A stretch of DNA of 64,000 bases from Polyangiaceae bacterium (GTDB taxonomy: Bacteria > Myxococcota_A > Polyangia > Polyangiales > Polyangiaceae): contig JBGANF010000016.1 in NCBI GenBank assembly GCA_044222475.1, positions 23,302-87,301 on the forward strand, written 5' to 3'. The notes under the pieces are model-generated. The model searched no databases, had not been told where the DNA came from, and saw only the letters and a program-made list of their open reading frames with translations. The position numbers and the translations under genes are program-made. This document shows, piece by piece, positions 1 to 7,917 of this stretch. Position 1 is the stretch's first letter. The number at the start of each line of letters is the position of its first letter.

Positions 1-54
1 GTCGTCGACCTGGATCCAGACGACGAGCTCCCGTTAGGCTACCTGACGCCCTGC

Positions 55-717
55 GTGAGTCAAGACCCCCTCCACAAGCGCTGCGGGAGCTGCGCCCGAT
101 TCGTGCGCGTCGTCGAGGAAATCGACGACACCGGCGAGGTGAAGCGCAGCGGCGAGTGCCTGCTCGGAGTGTGGCCCGCGCCGCTGTACGCGACGAGCAC
201 GTGCGGGCAGTGGGTGCAGCGCGGAGCGTTCACCTCGCGTCCGCAGCCCAAGCAGCGGATGCGCGTGCATCGCGGCTCGAGCGCTCGAAGCAGCAGCGAC
301 GATTCTCCCGCGCGTGCCACGGGTGACGATTCTCCGATCCAGATACCAGAGGAGCTACTCGACATGGATGCCGATGAATTTCGTTCGGTCTTGAGGCAGG
401 TGATTCGGGAAGAGCTCGCGGTGAAGCCAGTCGAGCTCGGCGGACGTTGGGTCGGTGGCGAGGTCGTCCTCAAGCCGGGCAAGGAAGGAACGGCCGAGAA
501 GCGTGTTCCTCTGGAGACGTTCTTCCACAAGATCGTGATGGTGCGCGACCGGCTGCGCGTCCTCGAGCAGCGGATCAACGGTAGCGCCAAGCTCGACCCC
601 GAAGAGAAAGTGCAGCTCCAGCAGTACATCACCCAGTGCTACGGCTCGCTGACGACGTTCAACGTGCTCTTCGCGGAGAAGGGCGATCAGTTCGTGGGTC
701 AGCGGAGCGATGACTGA
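55..717 (+). CDS. Conserved hypothetical protein with N-terminal 4-Cys motif and C-terminal helical domain
   Basis: CGSC..GEC..C motif, then FFHKIVMVRDRLRVLEQRIN...QQYITQCYGSLTTFNVLF. The frame is open to position 1, so the start may lie upstream of the window. Confidence 0.75.
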   Translation: MSQDPLHKRCGSCARFVRVVEEIDDTGEVKRSGECLLGVWPAPLYATSTCGQWVQRGAFTSRPQPKQRMRVHRGSSARSSSDDSPARATGDDSPIQIPEELLDMDADEFRSVLRQVIREELAVKPVELGGRWVGGEVVLKPGKEGTAEKRVPLETFFHKIVMVRDRLRVLEQRINGSAKLDPEEKVQLQQYITQCYGSLTTFNVLFAEKGDQFVGQRSDD

Positions 718-784
718 GGCTCTCGGAGGCGGAGCCGGAGAGAGCCGAAAACTCTTCCAGGGTGTCGGGGCCGGGGCCCCGACG

Positions 785-1294
785 ATGAGGATCCTCGCGC
801 TGGCGTTCGCACTCACGAGCGTGGGCTGCGGGACGAAGAGCGCGCGAGTAGGCGAGACGCCGCTCGCGTCGGCGCCAATCGTCTACAAGTACGACTCGCT
901 CGATGCGCGCCTCGTGAGCTCCGACGCGTTCATCGGCAAGCCGACGGTGATCGCATTCATCTCGACCGGCGACCTCGCGAGCCAGGCGCAGGCGAATTTT
1001 CTCCTCGCGATGGCGAAGAACGACGGCGACAAGGTGAACTACGCGCTGGTCGCGCTCCAAGACGGGACGACGCGCGAGCTCGTCGAAGGGTACCGCGACG
1101 CGCTCCACATTCCGTTCCCCGTCGCCCTCGGCGACGCGGCGACGACGGCGGGCGGGGGCCCGTTCGGCAACGTCGCGACCGTGCCCACCGTCGTCGTGCT
1201 CGACGCGGGCGGCCACCTCGCGTGGAAGAAGGCGGGGATCCAGAAACCCGAAGACATTCGGGCCCAGATGAGCGCGACTCCGCCCCCGAAATGA
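785..1294 (+). CDS. TlpA/redoxin-like thioredoxin-fold lipoprotein lacking CxxC
   Basis: Lipobox LTSVGC; GKPTVIAF, then VPTVVVLDAGG (cis-Pro strand); the CxxC position reads GDLAS. Confidence 0.7.
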   Translation: MRILALAFALTSVGCGTKSARVGETPLASAPIVYKYDSLDARLVSSDAFIGKPTVIAFISTGDLASQAQANFLLAMAKNDGDKVNYALVALQDGTTRELVEGYRDALHIPFPVALGDAATTAGGGPFGNVATVPTVVVLDAGGHLAWKKAGIQKPEDIRAQMSATPPPK

Positions 1295-1297
1295 CGA

Positions 1298-1328
1298 CGG
1301 CGCCTGTCCCGAATTGGGACAAGCGCCG
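1298..1328. terminator. Hairpin between convergent genes (probable bidirectional terminator)
   Basis: cggcgcctgtccc-gaatt-gggacaagcgccg, a 13-bp stem with one mismatch, between stops at 1294 (+) and 1349 (-). Confidence 0.55.
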
Positions 1329-1348
1329 AAGACTACTTTCGTAGTGGT

Positions 1349-3343
1349 CTAGTTGCTGGTGCCGGGGAGCGTGGCGTTCGACAGCCACTGGAAGCCGTCG
1401 ATGAGGGCGGTCGAGTCGAACGCCGAGTCACCCACGTCCCAGATGACGAGGCGGATCTGGAGGATGTCGCCCGGGACGATGTTGCCCGCGGTCGTCAGCC
1501 AGTAGGTGCCGCCGCCGATGATGCACGTGCCGCTGTTGGACTTCTCGAAGCCGGTGCCGGCGAGGCCGGTGGCGCCGAGCTGGCACGACTGCGCGCTGAT
1601 GTTGCCCGTCGTCGCGCAGGGCGTGATCGTCGAGGCGGTGTCGCACACGGAGAACACGTTGGTCGCCTTCGCGATGTTGATCGCGATGGGGTACTTCACG
1701 CCGTTCTGGGTGTAGGTCATCAGGTTCTTGTCGACCGGGTTCGGGATCGGCGCCGGCTGCCCGTTGGGCGTGTCGACGAGGGCGATGAACTGGTCGTTGA
1801 AGTTCGTGCAGACGAACTCGGGGTACTCCGCCGAGAGGAAGTACGAGTTGAACGAGAACGCCTTCGCGTTCGTCGGCGCGCGCATCGTGAGGACGAGCAT
1901 GACCGAGTCGTTCGCGCTCGCGGAGTTGTTCGCGGAGCCGCAGCCGGCAGCGGCCGGGAGCGCGTTCGCCGCCTTGAGGGCGCCGTTCGCGGTCGAGAAC
2001 CAGTCCTTCACGCAGAGCGGGTCGTTGCAGGTCGAGATGTTGACCGTGCTCGCTGGTGAGAAGGTGTTCGTGACGTTGAACCCGGTCGGTGCGCCGCCGT
2101 TCGGGCCGGGCAGCGTCTGGGTCGCGTCGGCCGCCATGCCGCTCGAGAGCACCGCGAGCGCGGCGCCGTTGAGCGGGTTGATCGAGTTGCCGAACTTCGG
2201 ACGGACCGAGTGACCCTTGCGGTCACCGAGCACCGTGCCGTCCGCGCGGACGAGCTTGGCGTCGATGAGGCCCCAGGTCTTGTCCTTCTTGAGCGGCGGG
2301 GTCAGCGTCGTCGTGCGGCAGATGCCGATCGCCTTCGCGAAGTCCGGAGCGTTCGTGGTCGCGGCGGTGAGGCCGGTGTCGCACGCCTGGGTGTCTTCGG
2401 TGTCGAAGAGGTCGACCTTGGCGTTGCAGTTGTCGTCGATGCCGTTGCCGACGACTTCGATCGCGCCGGGGTTGACGAGCCGCGGCTCGGCGCCACACGC
2501 GCCGGGCTTGTCGCAGCAGTCGCCTTCGCTCTCGAGCCAACCGTCCGCGTCGCAGTCGGTGGTCTTCGAGTCGCAGGGGGTGCACGCGCCGGCGACGCAC
2601 TTGTCGGTGCCTTGGCAGACGGTGCCGCACTTGCCGCAGTTCTTCACGTCCTTCTGGGTGTCGACGCAGAGCTGACCGCACTGGGTCTCGCCCGCGCCGC
2701 ACGTGCTCTTGCACGCGCCGCCGGTGCAGAACTGGCCGCTGGGGCAGGCGTTGCCGCACGTGCCGCAGTTCTTCGGGTCGTTGTTGGTGTCGACGCAGGC
2801 CTGGCCGCAGGCCTTGGTCGGCGCGGAGCACTTGGTGTCGCACGCGCCCTGGTTGCAGACGAACCCGGTGAGGCACTTGTTGCCGCACTGGCCGCAGTTG
2901 AGCGGATCGTTCGCGGTGTCGATGCACTTGTCGGTGCAGCGCGTCGTGCCGCCGTTGCAGTTCAGGTCACACTTGCCGCCGGAGCAGAACTGACCGATCG
3001 GGCACGCGGTGCCGCAGGCGCCGCAGTTGGCCGGGTCGTTGATGGTGTCGACGCACTTGTCGCCACACTTGATGCTGCCGCCGTTGCACTCGCTCGCGCT
3101 GCACTTGCCGCCGGAGCAGGCCTGCCCGGTCGGGCACTTGGTGCCGCACGTGCCGCAGTTGTTGGGATCGAACGAGGTCTGGGTGCACTGACCGGGGGTA
3201 CACTCGGTCGTGCCGCCGTTGCAGAGACCTGCGTCGGGGTTGGTGACGACGGGCTGATCGCTCCCGCCGCAGCCGGCGAAGATGGCGCTCAGGAGGAGCG
3301 CCGCGAAGGCGAACATCCCGAAGTGCCGCAAAGATATCCTCAT
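1349..3343 (-). CDS. Cys-rich surface lipoprotein: five DPxNCGxCG-type repeats, MopE-like metal-binding repeat, choice-of-anchor L-like C-terminal domain
   Basis: Lipobox IFAGC; repeats such as DPNNCGTCGTKC; DCDADGW...NPGAIEVVGNGIDDNCN; SAEYPEFVCTNFNDQF and DVGDSAFDS. Start chosen at MRISLRHF. Confidence 0.8.
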   Translation of the reverse strand: MRISLRHFGMFAFAALLLSAIFAGCGGSDQPVVTNPDAGLCNGGTTECTPGQCTQTSFDPNNCGTCGTKCPTGQACSGGKCSASECNGGSIKCGDKCVDTINDPANCGACGTACPIGQFCSGGKCDLNCNGGTTRCTDKCIDTANDPLNCGQCGNKCLTGFVCNQGACDTKCSAPTKACGQACVDTNNDPKNCGTCGNACPSGQFCTGGACKSTCGAGETQCGQLCVDTQKDVKNCGKCGTVCQGTDKCVAGACTPCDSKTTDCDADGWLESEGDCCDKPGACGAEPRLVNPGAIEVVGNGIDDNCNAKVDLFDTEDTQACDTGLTAATTNAPDFAKAIGICRTTTLTPPLKKDKTWGLIDAKLVRADGTVLGDRKGHSVRPKFGNSINPLNGAALAVLSSGMAADATQTLPGPNGGAPTGFNVTNTFSPASTVNISTCNDPLCVKDWFSTANGALKAANALPAAAGCGSANNSASANDSVMLVLTMRAPTNAKAFSFNSYFLSAEYPEFVCTNFNDQFIALVDTPNGQPAPIPNPVDKNLMTYTQNGVKYPIAINIAKATNVFSVCDTASTITPCATTGNISAQSCQLGATGLAGTGFEKSNSGTCIIGGGTYWLTTAGNIVPGDILQIRLVIWDVGDSAFDSTALIDGFQWLSNATLPGTSN

Positions 3344-3460
3344 GATGAAAGGCTCCCTTCTCGAGGTCGGCGCGCGTTGAAAAAGCGACGCGCCCGCCTC
3401 CATCTGCTTCCCGGCAGCGGGGGACGTCCTACCACATTTCGGTACCGGCTGGATCGGGCG

Positions 3461-4486
3461 TTACCAGGGCTGCGATCGGCCAATGAATCCATAGGGATAC
3501 GCCCAGTCGGGGGCGGACGCTTCGTCGAGCGCCTTCACGTGGTCGGGCCCGAGCTTCACGTCGAGGGCGGCGAGGTTGTCGTCCAGCTGCGCGGTGGTCC
3601 GCGCTCCGAGGATGACGCTGGACGTCTCCTTCTTCGCGATCAGCCACGCGAGGGCCGTCGCCGCGGGCGTCGCCTCGACGCTCTTCGCGGTCTTGGCGAG
3701 GAGCTCGACGAGATCGTACGTCCGCTCCGTTCCCATGCGCTTCATCGTGTCCTTCCACTCCGTGAGGCGCGCGCCGGCGGGAGGCGGCTCACCGCGCCGG
3801 TACTTGCCGCTGAGCAGACCGCTCGCGAGTGGCGACCACACGAGGACCCCGAGACCGAACGCGCGGCACGCGGGGATGACCTCGCGCTCCGCACCTCGTT
3901 CGAGGAGGTTCCACTGGAGCTGCACGGACTCGTAGCGGTGCGTCCGCAGTCGCTCGGATGCCCAGAGCGACTCGACGAGGCGGTAGCCGGTGTAGTTGGA
4001 GCAGCCGACGTAGCGAACCTTGCCTTGCGTCACGAGATCGTCGAGGGCGCGCAGCGTCTCGTCGATCCGCACCGACGTGTCTTGCATGTGCACTTGGTAG
4101 AGATCGATGACGTCGGTGCCGAGGCGCTTCAGCGACGCCTCGCACGCCGTGAGGATGTGCTGACGCGAGAGCCCCATGTCGTGCGGCCCGGGCTTCGCCG
4201 TCATGCCGAAGCCGATCGGGAAACGGCACTTGGTCGCGAGGAGCACCTTGTCGCGCTTGCCCGCGATCCACTTGCCGGTGAGCTCCTCGCTCTTGCCCTC
4301 GCTGTAGACGTTCGCCGTGTCGACGAGGTTCACGCCGCGCTCGACGGCGCGGTCGAACACGCGGCGCGCGTCGTCGTCGCTCGAGGTGACGCCCTTCATG
4401 AACGTCCCGCTCTCGCCGAAGGTCATGGCTCCGAGGGAGAGCACGCTGACTTTGAGTCCCGATTGACCGAGGTTCCGGAGTTCCAT
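3461..4486 (-). CDS. Aldo/keto reductase
   Basis: LGQSGLKVSVLSLGAMTFG, DTANVY, ATK, SLKRLGTDVIDLYQVH, GCSN, WSPLASGLLSGKY. Confidence 0.95.
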   Translation of the reverse strand: MELRNLGQSGLKVSVLSLGAMTFGESGTFMKGVTSSDDDARRVFDRAVERGVNLVDTANVYSEGKSEELTGKWIAGKRDKVLLATKCRFPIGFGMTAKPGPHDMGLSRQHILTACEASLKRLGTDVIDLYQVHMQDTSVRIDETLRALDDLVTQGKVRYVGCSNYTGYRLVESLWASERLRTHRYESVQLQWNLLERGAEREVIPACRAFGLGVLVWSPLASGLLSGKYRRGEPPPAGARLTEWKDTMKRMGTERTYDLVELLAKTAKSVEATPAATALAWLIAKKETSSVILGARTTAQLDDNLAALDVKLGPDHVKALDEASAPDWAYPYGFIGRSQPW

Positions 4487-4495
4487 GCGCCGAGC

Positions 4496-6454
4496 TTACC
4501 CGGTCGAGAGCGTGATGACTCGCATCCGGCGCAGGGCCGCCATCGTGCGCATCACGTCGCTCTCCGACACCGTCGCTCCCGCCGCGCGCAGCGCGCCAAG
4601 GATGCTTCGCCACGTGCGACGGCCGTCGATGAGCTCGACCATGAGCTGCGCCCCCGGTGCGATCGAAACCCGTGACGCTCCCCAGGGCGTCGACACCTCG
4701 GCGACGAGGCCGACCGTTCCGTCGCGGACGTCCATCGTCGTCTTCGCGATCGTGCGGGGGATCAGATCGAGCGCCGCCGGAAACCGAGGGTCCTTCTCGA
4801 CCAAGACGTCGCCCACGACGCAGCAGTCGAGGCCGGTGAGGAGCAAGCACCACAGCGCGTCCTCGGGGGTCTCGACGATGGGTTCCCCCATGAGGTTGAA
4901 CGACGTGTTGAGCACGATCGGCACTCCGGTCTTCGCGTCGAAGCGTTCGATCAGGTCGCGGTAGCGGCCGTTCTCCTTCGTGACCGTCTGTACCCGACCG
5001 GTGCCGTCGACGTGCACGACCGCGGGGACGAGCGCGCGCCCGTCGGGCTTGAACGAGAGCACGCGGAGCATGTAGGGGCTCTCGAAGCCACCGCGGCTCG
5101 GCTCGAACCAGTCGCCCGCTTTCTCGAGGAGGATCGCCGGAGCGAAGGGACGGAACGCTTCGCGGTGTTTCACGCGCGCGTTGAGCGTGTCTTTCCCGTC
5201 GTCGCGCCGCGGATCGCAGAGGATGCTGCGCTGTCCCAGAGCGCGCGGTCCGAGCTCCGATCCGCCCTGGAACCAGCCGACGATCTCTCCGGCCGCGATC
5301 CGATCGGCCGCCGCCGAGGCGACGTCGTCGACCGAGACCACGTTCAATCCGGGCAGCCGCCCGATCGTCTCCATGACCTCGGTTCGCGGGTAGCTTCGTC
5401 CGACGGCGTCCGGGCCGAGCGGCCGTCGCGCGTTCGTCCCGAGGAGGGACCAGAGGCCGTGGTACGCGCACCCGATCGCGCACCCGCTGTCCTCGGCCGA
5501 AGGGATCACGTACACGCGCTCGAAGCCCGAGGTGTTCACCAAGAGCTCGTTGGCGACGCTGTTCAGCGCGACGCCGCCCGCGTAACAGAGGCGGTCGCTC
5601 CCGGTGAGCGATCGCGCCCGCGCGGCGAGCCACGTCAGCGCCTTCTCGAGCGCGAGCTGGGCCGATGCGCAGAGATCGGCGTACTCGCGCTCGTTGGCAG
5701 GCCACCGCGCGCTCTCCGGGAACCGCGAGAGGACTCGATCCCGAAAGACGATCTCGTCGCCGACGAGGTCGAAGAACTCGGATGGGTCGATCGTCGGCTG
5801 GCCGTACGGCGCGAGGCCCATCACCTTTCCGGCCTCCGTCAGGTCGCCGAAGACGAGGTGGGCGACCGACGAGAACATGCCGCCGAGGCTCGCGAACCGA
5901 GGCATCCCGGGGCGACGCCTGCCGATGTGGTCGAGATCGAGCCACTTGCCGCCCTCGACGACGTGCTTCTCGAGCGCGCGAACGGTGGTGCCCCGTGCGT
6001 GGTACGTCGAGACGATCTCGTGCCCGGTCCTGTGTTTCGTCGCAGCCCGCTCGTCGTCGGAGAAGTCGCTGAACGGGCCCCCCATGCCGTCGACGATCAG
6101 AACCGCGGCCTCTTCGAAGCCGGAGGTCGCGAACACGCTCACGGCGTGCGCGAGGTGGTGCGAGATGGCGAGCGCCTTCGCGCTCCCGGCGCGCGCCGCG
6201 ATTCCTCCGGTGTGCTTGTGGTTGCCGTCCTGGGCCGAGACGACGACGCAGTCGAGATCGGCCGGGCCGATCCCGGCGTACTCGAGGCAGTACGAAACGC
6301 AGAGGTTCTCGTTCTGCGCGGCGGTGGTTGCTCGCTTGAGCCCGAGGAGACGCTCTTCCTGGATCGCGACGACGATCTCGTCCCCGCGGAGCAGACACGC
6401 CGAGCCGTTGTGCGAGTAGCTGAGCCCGAGGATCCACGGAGCAGACCGTGTCAT
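4496..6454 (-). CDS. Carbamoyltransferase (CmcH/NodU family) with C-terminal PqqD-like extension
   Basis: ILGLSYSHNGSACL, EERL, HHLAHA, GKVMGLAPYG, GGVALN, GPRALGQRSIL, FRPFAP, LNTSFN. The ATG at 6454 overlaps the stop of the upstream ligase (ATGA). Confidence 0.93.
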   Translation of the reverse strand: MTRSAPWILGLSYSHNGSACLLRGDEIVVAIQEERLLGLKRATTAAQNENLCVSYCLEYAGIGPADLDCVVVSAQDGNHKHTGGIAARAGSAKALAISHHLAHAVSVFATSGFEEAAVLIVDGMGGPFSDFSDDERAATKHRTGHEIVSTYHARGTTVRALEKHVVEGGKWLDLDHIGRRRPGMPRFASLGGMFSSVAHLVFGDLTEAGKVMGLAPYGQPTIDPSEFFDLVGDEIVFRDRVLSRFPESARWPANEREYADLCASAQLALEKALTWLAARARSLTGSDRLCYAGGVALNSVANELLVNTSGFERVYVIPSAEDSGCAIGCAYHGLWSLLGTNARRPLGPDAVGRSYPRTEVMETIGRLPGLNVVSVDDVASAAADRIAAGEIVGWFQGGSELGPRALGQRSILCDPRRDDGKDTLNARVKHREAFRPFAPAILLEKAGDWFEPSRGGFESPYMLRVLSFKPDGRALVPAVVHVDGTGRVQTVTKENGRYRDLIERFDAKTGVPIVLNTSFNLMGEPIVETPEDALWCLLLTGLDCCVVGDVLVEKDPRFPAALDLIPRTIAKTTMDVRDGTVGLVAEVSTPWGASRVSIAPGAQLMVELIDGRRTWRSILGALRAAGATVSESDVMRTMAALRRMRVITLSTG

Positions 6455-7890
6455 CGATGGTTCCTCGCCAGGTCCGGCTTCTGCACCTTGCCCATCGCGT
6501 TCCTGGGGAGCGCGTCGTAGAAATGTACCTCTTTGGGACACTTGTACGACGCGAGCTTCTCCTTCGCGAACGCGCGCAGCGCGTCGGCGGTGAGCGGGCT
6601 CCGCGTCTCGACGCAGGCGATCACCCTGTCGCCCCAGACCGCATCCGGGACTCCGATGACGGCGACGTCCTTCACTGCGGGGTGCTCGCGCAACACCTCC
6701 TCGATCTCGAGCGCGGAGAGCTTGTAGCCACCGCTCTTGAGGATGTCGACGCTCGTGCGCCCGAGGATCTTGAAGTAGCCGCGCTCGTCGCGCGTGACCG
6801 TGTCGCCCGTCTTGAACCAGCCGCGTTCGAACGCCGCTCGAGTCGCGTCGTCGCGTTGGAAGTATCCCGGGAACACACTCGGTCCGCGGATCCAGAGCTC
6901 GCCGCTCGTCGCGTCGGCGCCCGCCTCGTCGACGATGCGGGCTTCGACCGTCGGCAGTGGGAGGCCGACGGTCCCCGCGCGGCGTTCGCCGTCCAGCGGG
7001 TTCGAGATGCCGACCCCGATCTCGGTCATGCCGAACCGCTCGAGCGGGATGACGCCGGTGATCTCGCGCCACCGCTCGGCCACGCTCACCGGTAGGGCGG
7101 CGCTCCCGCTCGTGGCGAGGCGGAGGGCTCGCGCGTTCGCCGACCAAGCGCTGCGCTGCTCGGCGCTGGCCGCGTCGAAGGCCGCGAGGATCTTCGCGTA
7201 GATCGTCGGCACCGCCATGAAGACCGTCGAGCGGCGCATGTCGTCCCAGACCCGCGCGGCGTCGAACGCGCCGTGCATGCGCACGGCCGCTCCGGCGCCG
7301 AGCGCCGAGAGCAGCGCGATGCAGAGCCCGTGCATGTGATGGAGCGGAAGCACGTGAAGGAGCACGTCGCGCGGGTTCCAGCCCCACGCGTCGCGGAGCA
7401 GCGACTGCTGCGTGGCGAGGTTCGCGTGGGTGAGGACCGCACCCTTCGGTTTGCCCGTCGTGCCGCTGGTGTAGAGCATGAGCGCCGGATCGGACTCGGC
7501 GGTGGCGACGTCGATCGCGGGCCCGCCGGGGAGCGCCGCGAGATCGAGGACGCGGGCCGCGCCCAGCTCCGTCGCGCGGGCTGCCTGGTCGGCGGTGACG
7601 AGGATCGTGTCGATGCCGGCGTCCGTCACGAACCACCGAGACTCTGCGGCCGGGTGAAGCGGCGAGAGAACCACGCCGGTCGCCCCGCTGCGCCACACCC
7701 CGAACAGCGCACCGACGAAGGCGGCGCCGGGCGATGCGAGGAGGGCGACTCGCTGACCGCGTCGGTCACCGAGCGCGGCGGAGACCGCGGCCGCTCGCGC
7801 GACGATCTCGCCGTAGGAGTGGTCGCCGTCGTCGTCGTGGATGGCGAGTCGGTCGGGGTGCGAGGCGATCCCTGCGGTCAACGACGACAT
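6451..7890 (-). CDS. Acyl-CoA synthetase, malonyl-CoA synthetase (MatB/ACSF3)-like
   Basis: YTSGTTGKPKG, LPLHHMHGL, ERFGMTE, WFKTGD, LPRNAMGK. Confidence 0.9.
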   Translation of the reverse strand: MSSLTAGIASHPDRLAIHDDDGDHSYGEIVARAAAVSAALGDRRGQRVALLASPGAAFVGALFGVWRSGATGVVLSPLHPAAESRWFVTDAGIDTILVTADQAARATELGAARVLDLAALPGGPAIDVATAESDPALMLYTSGTTGKPKGAVLTHANLATQQSLLRDAWGWNPRDVLLHVLPLHHMHGLCIALLSALGAGAAVRMHGAFDAARVWDDMRRSTVFMAVPTIYAKILAAFDAASAEQRSAWSANARALRLATSGSAALPVSVAERWREITGVIPLERFGMTEIGVGISNPLDGERRAGTVGLPLPTVEARIVDEAGADATSGELWIRGPSVFPGYFQRDDATRAAFERGWFKTGDTVTRDERGYFKILGRTSVDILKSGGYKLSALEIEEVLREHPAVKDVAVIGVPDAVWGDRVIACVETRSPLTADALRAFAKEKLASYKCPKEVHFYDALPRNAMGKVQKPDLARNHR

Positions 7891-7917
7891 GGCGGTCTCG
7901 TCATAGCAGCCTCGCCG

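Noticed and set aside
76..215. HiPIP-like Fe-S protein (CxxC..GxC..C..W)
   Set aside because: No Tat signal is visible and the spacing is equally compatible with a zinc-binding motif; not supportable by eye.
4496..7696. 1066-aa single ORF from the track
   Set aside because: The first ~414 codons are an off-frame shadow of the ligase; the real start is the ATG at 6454.
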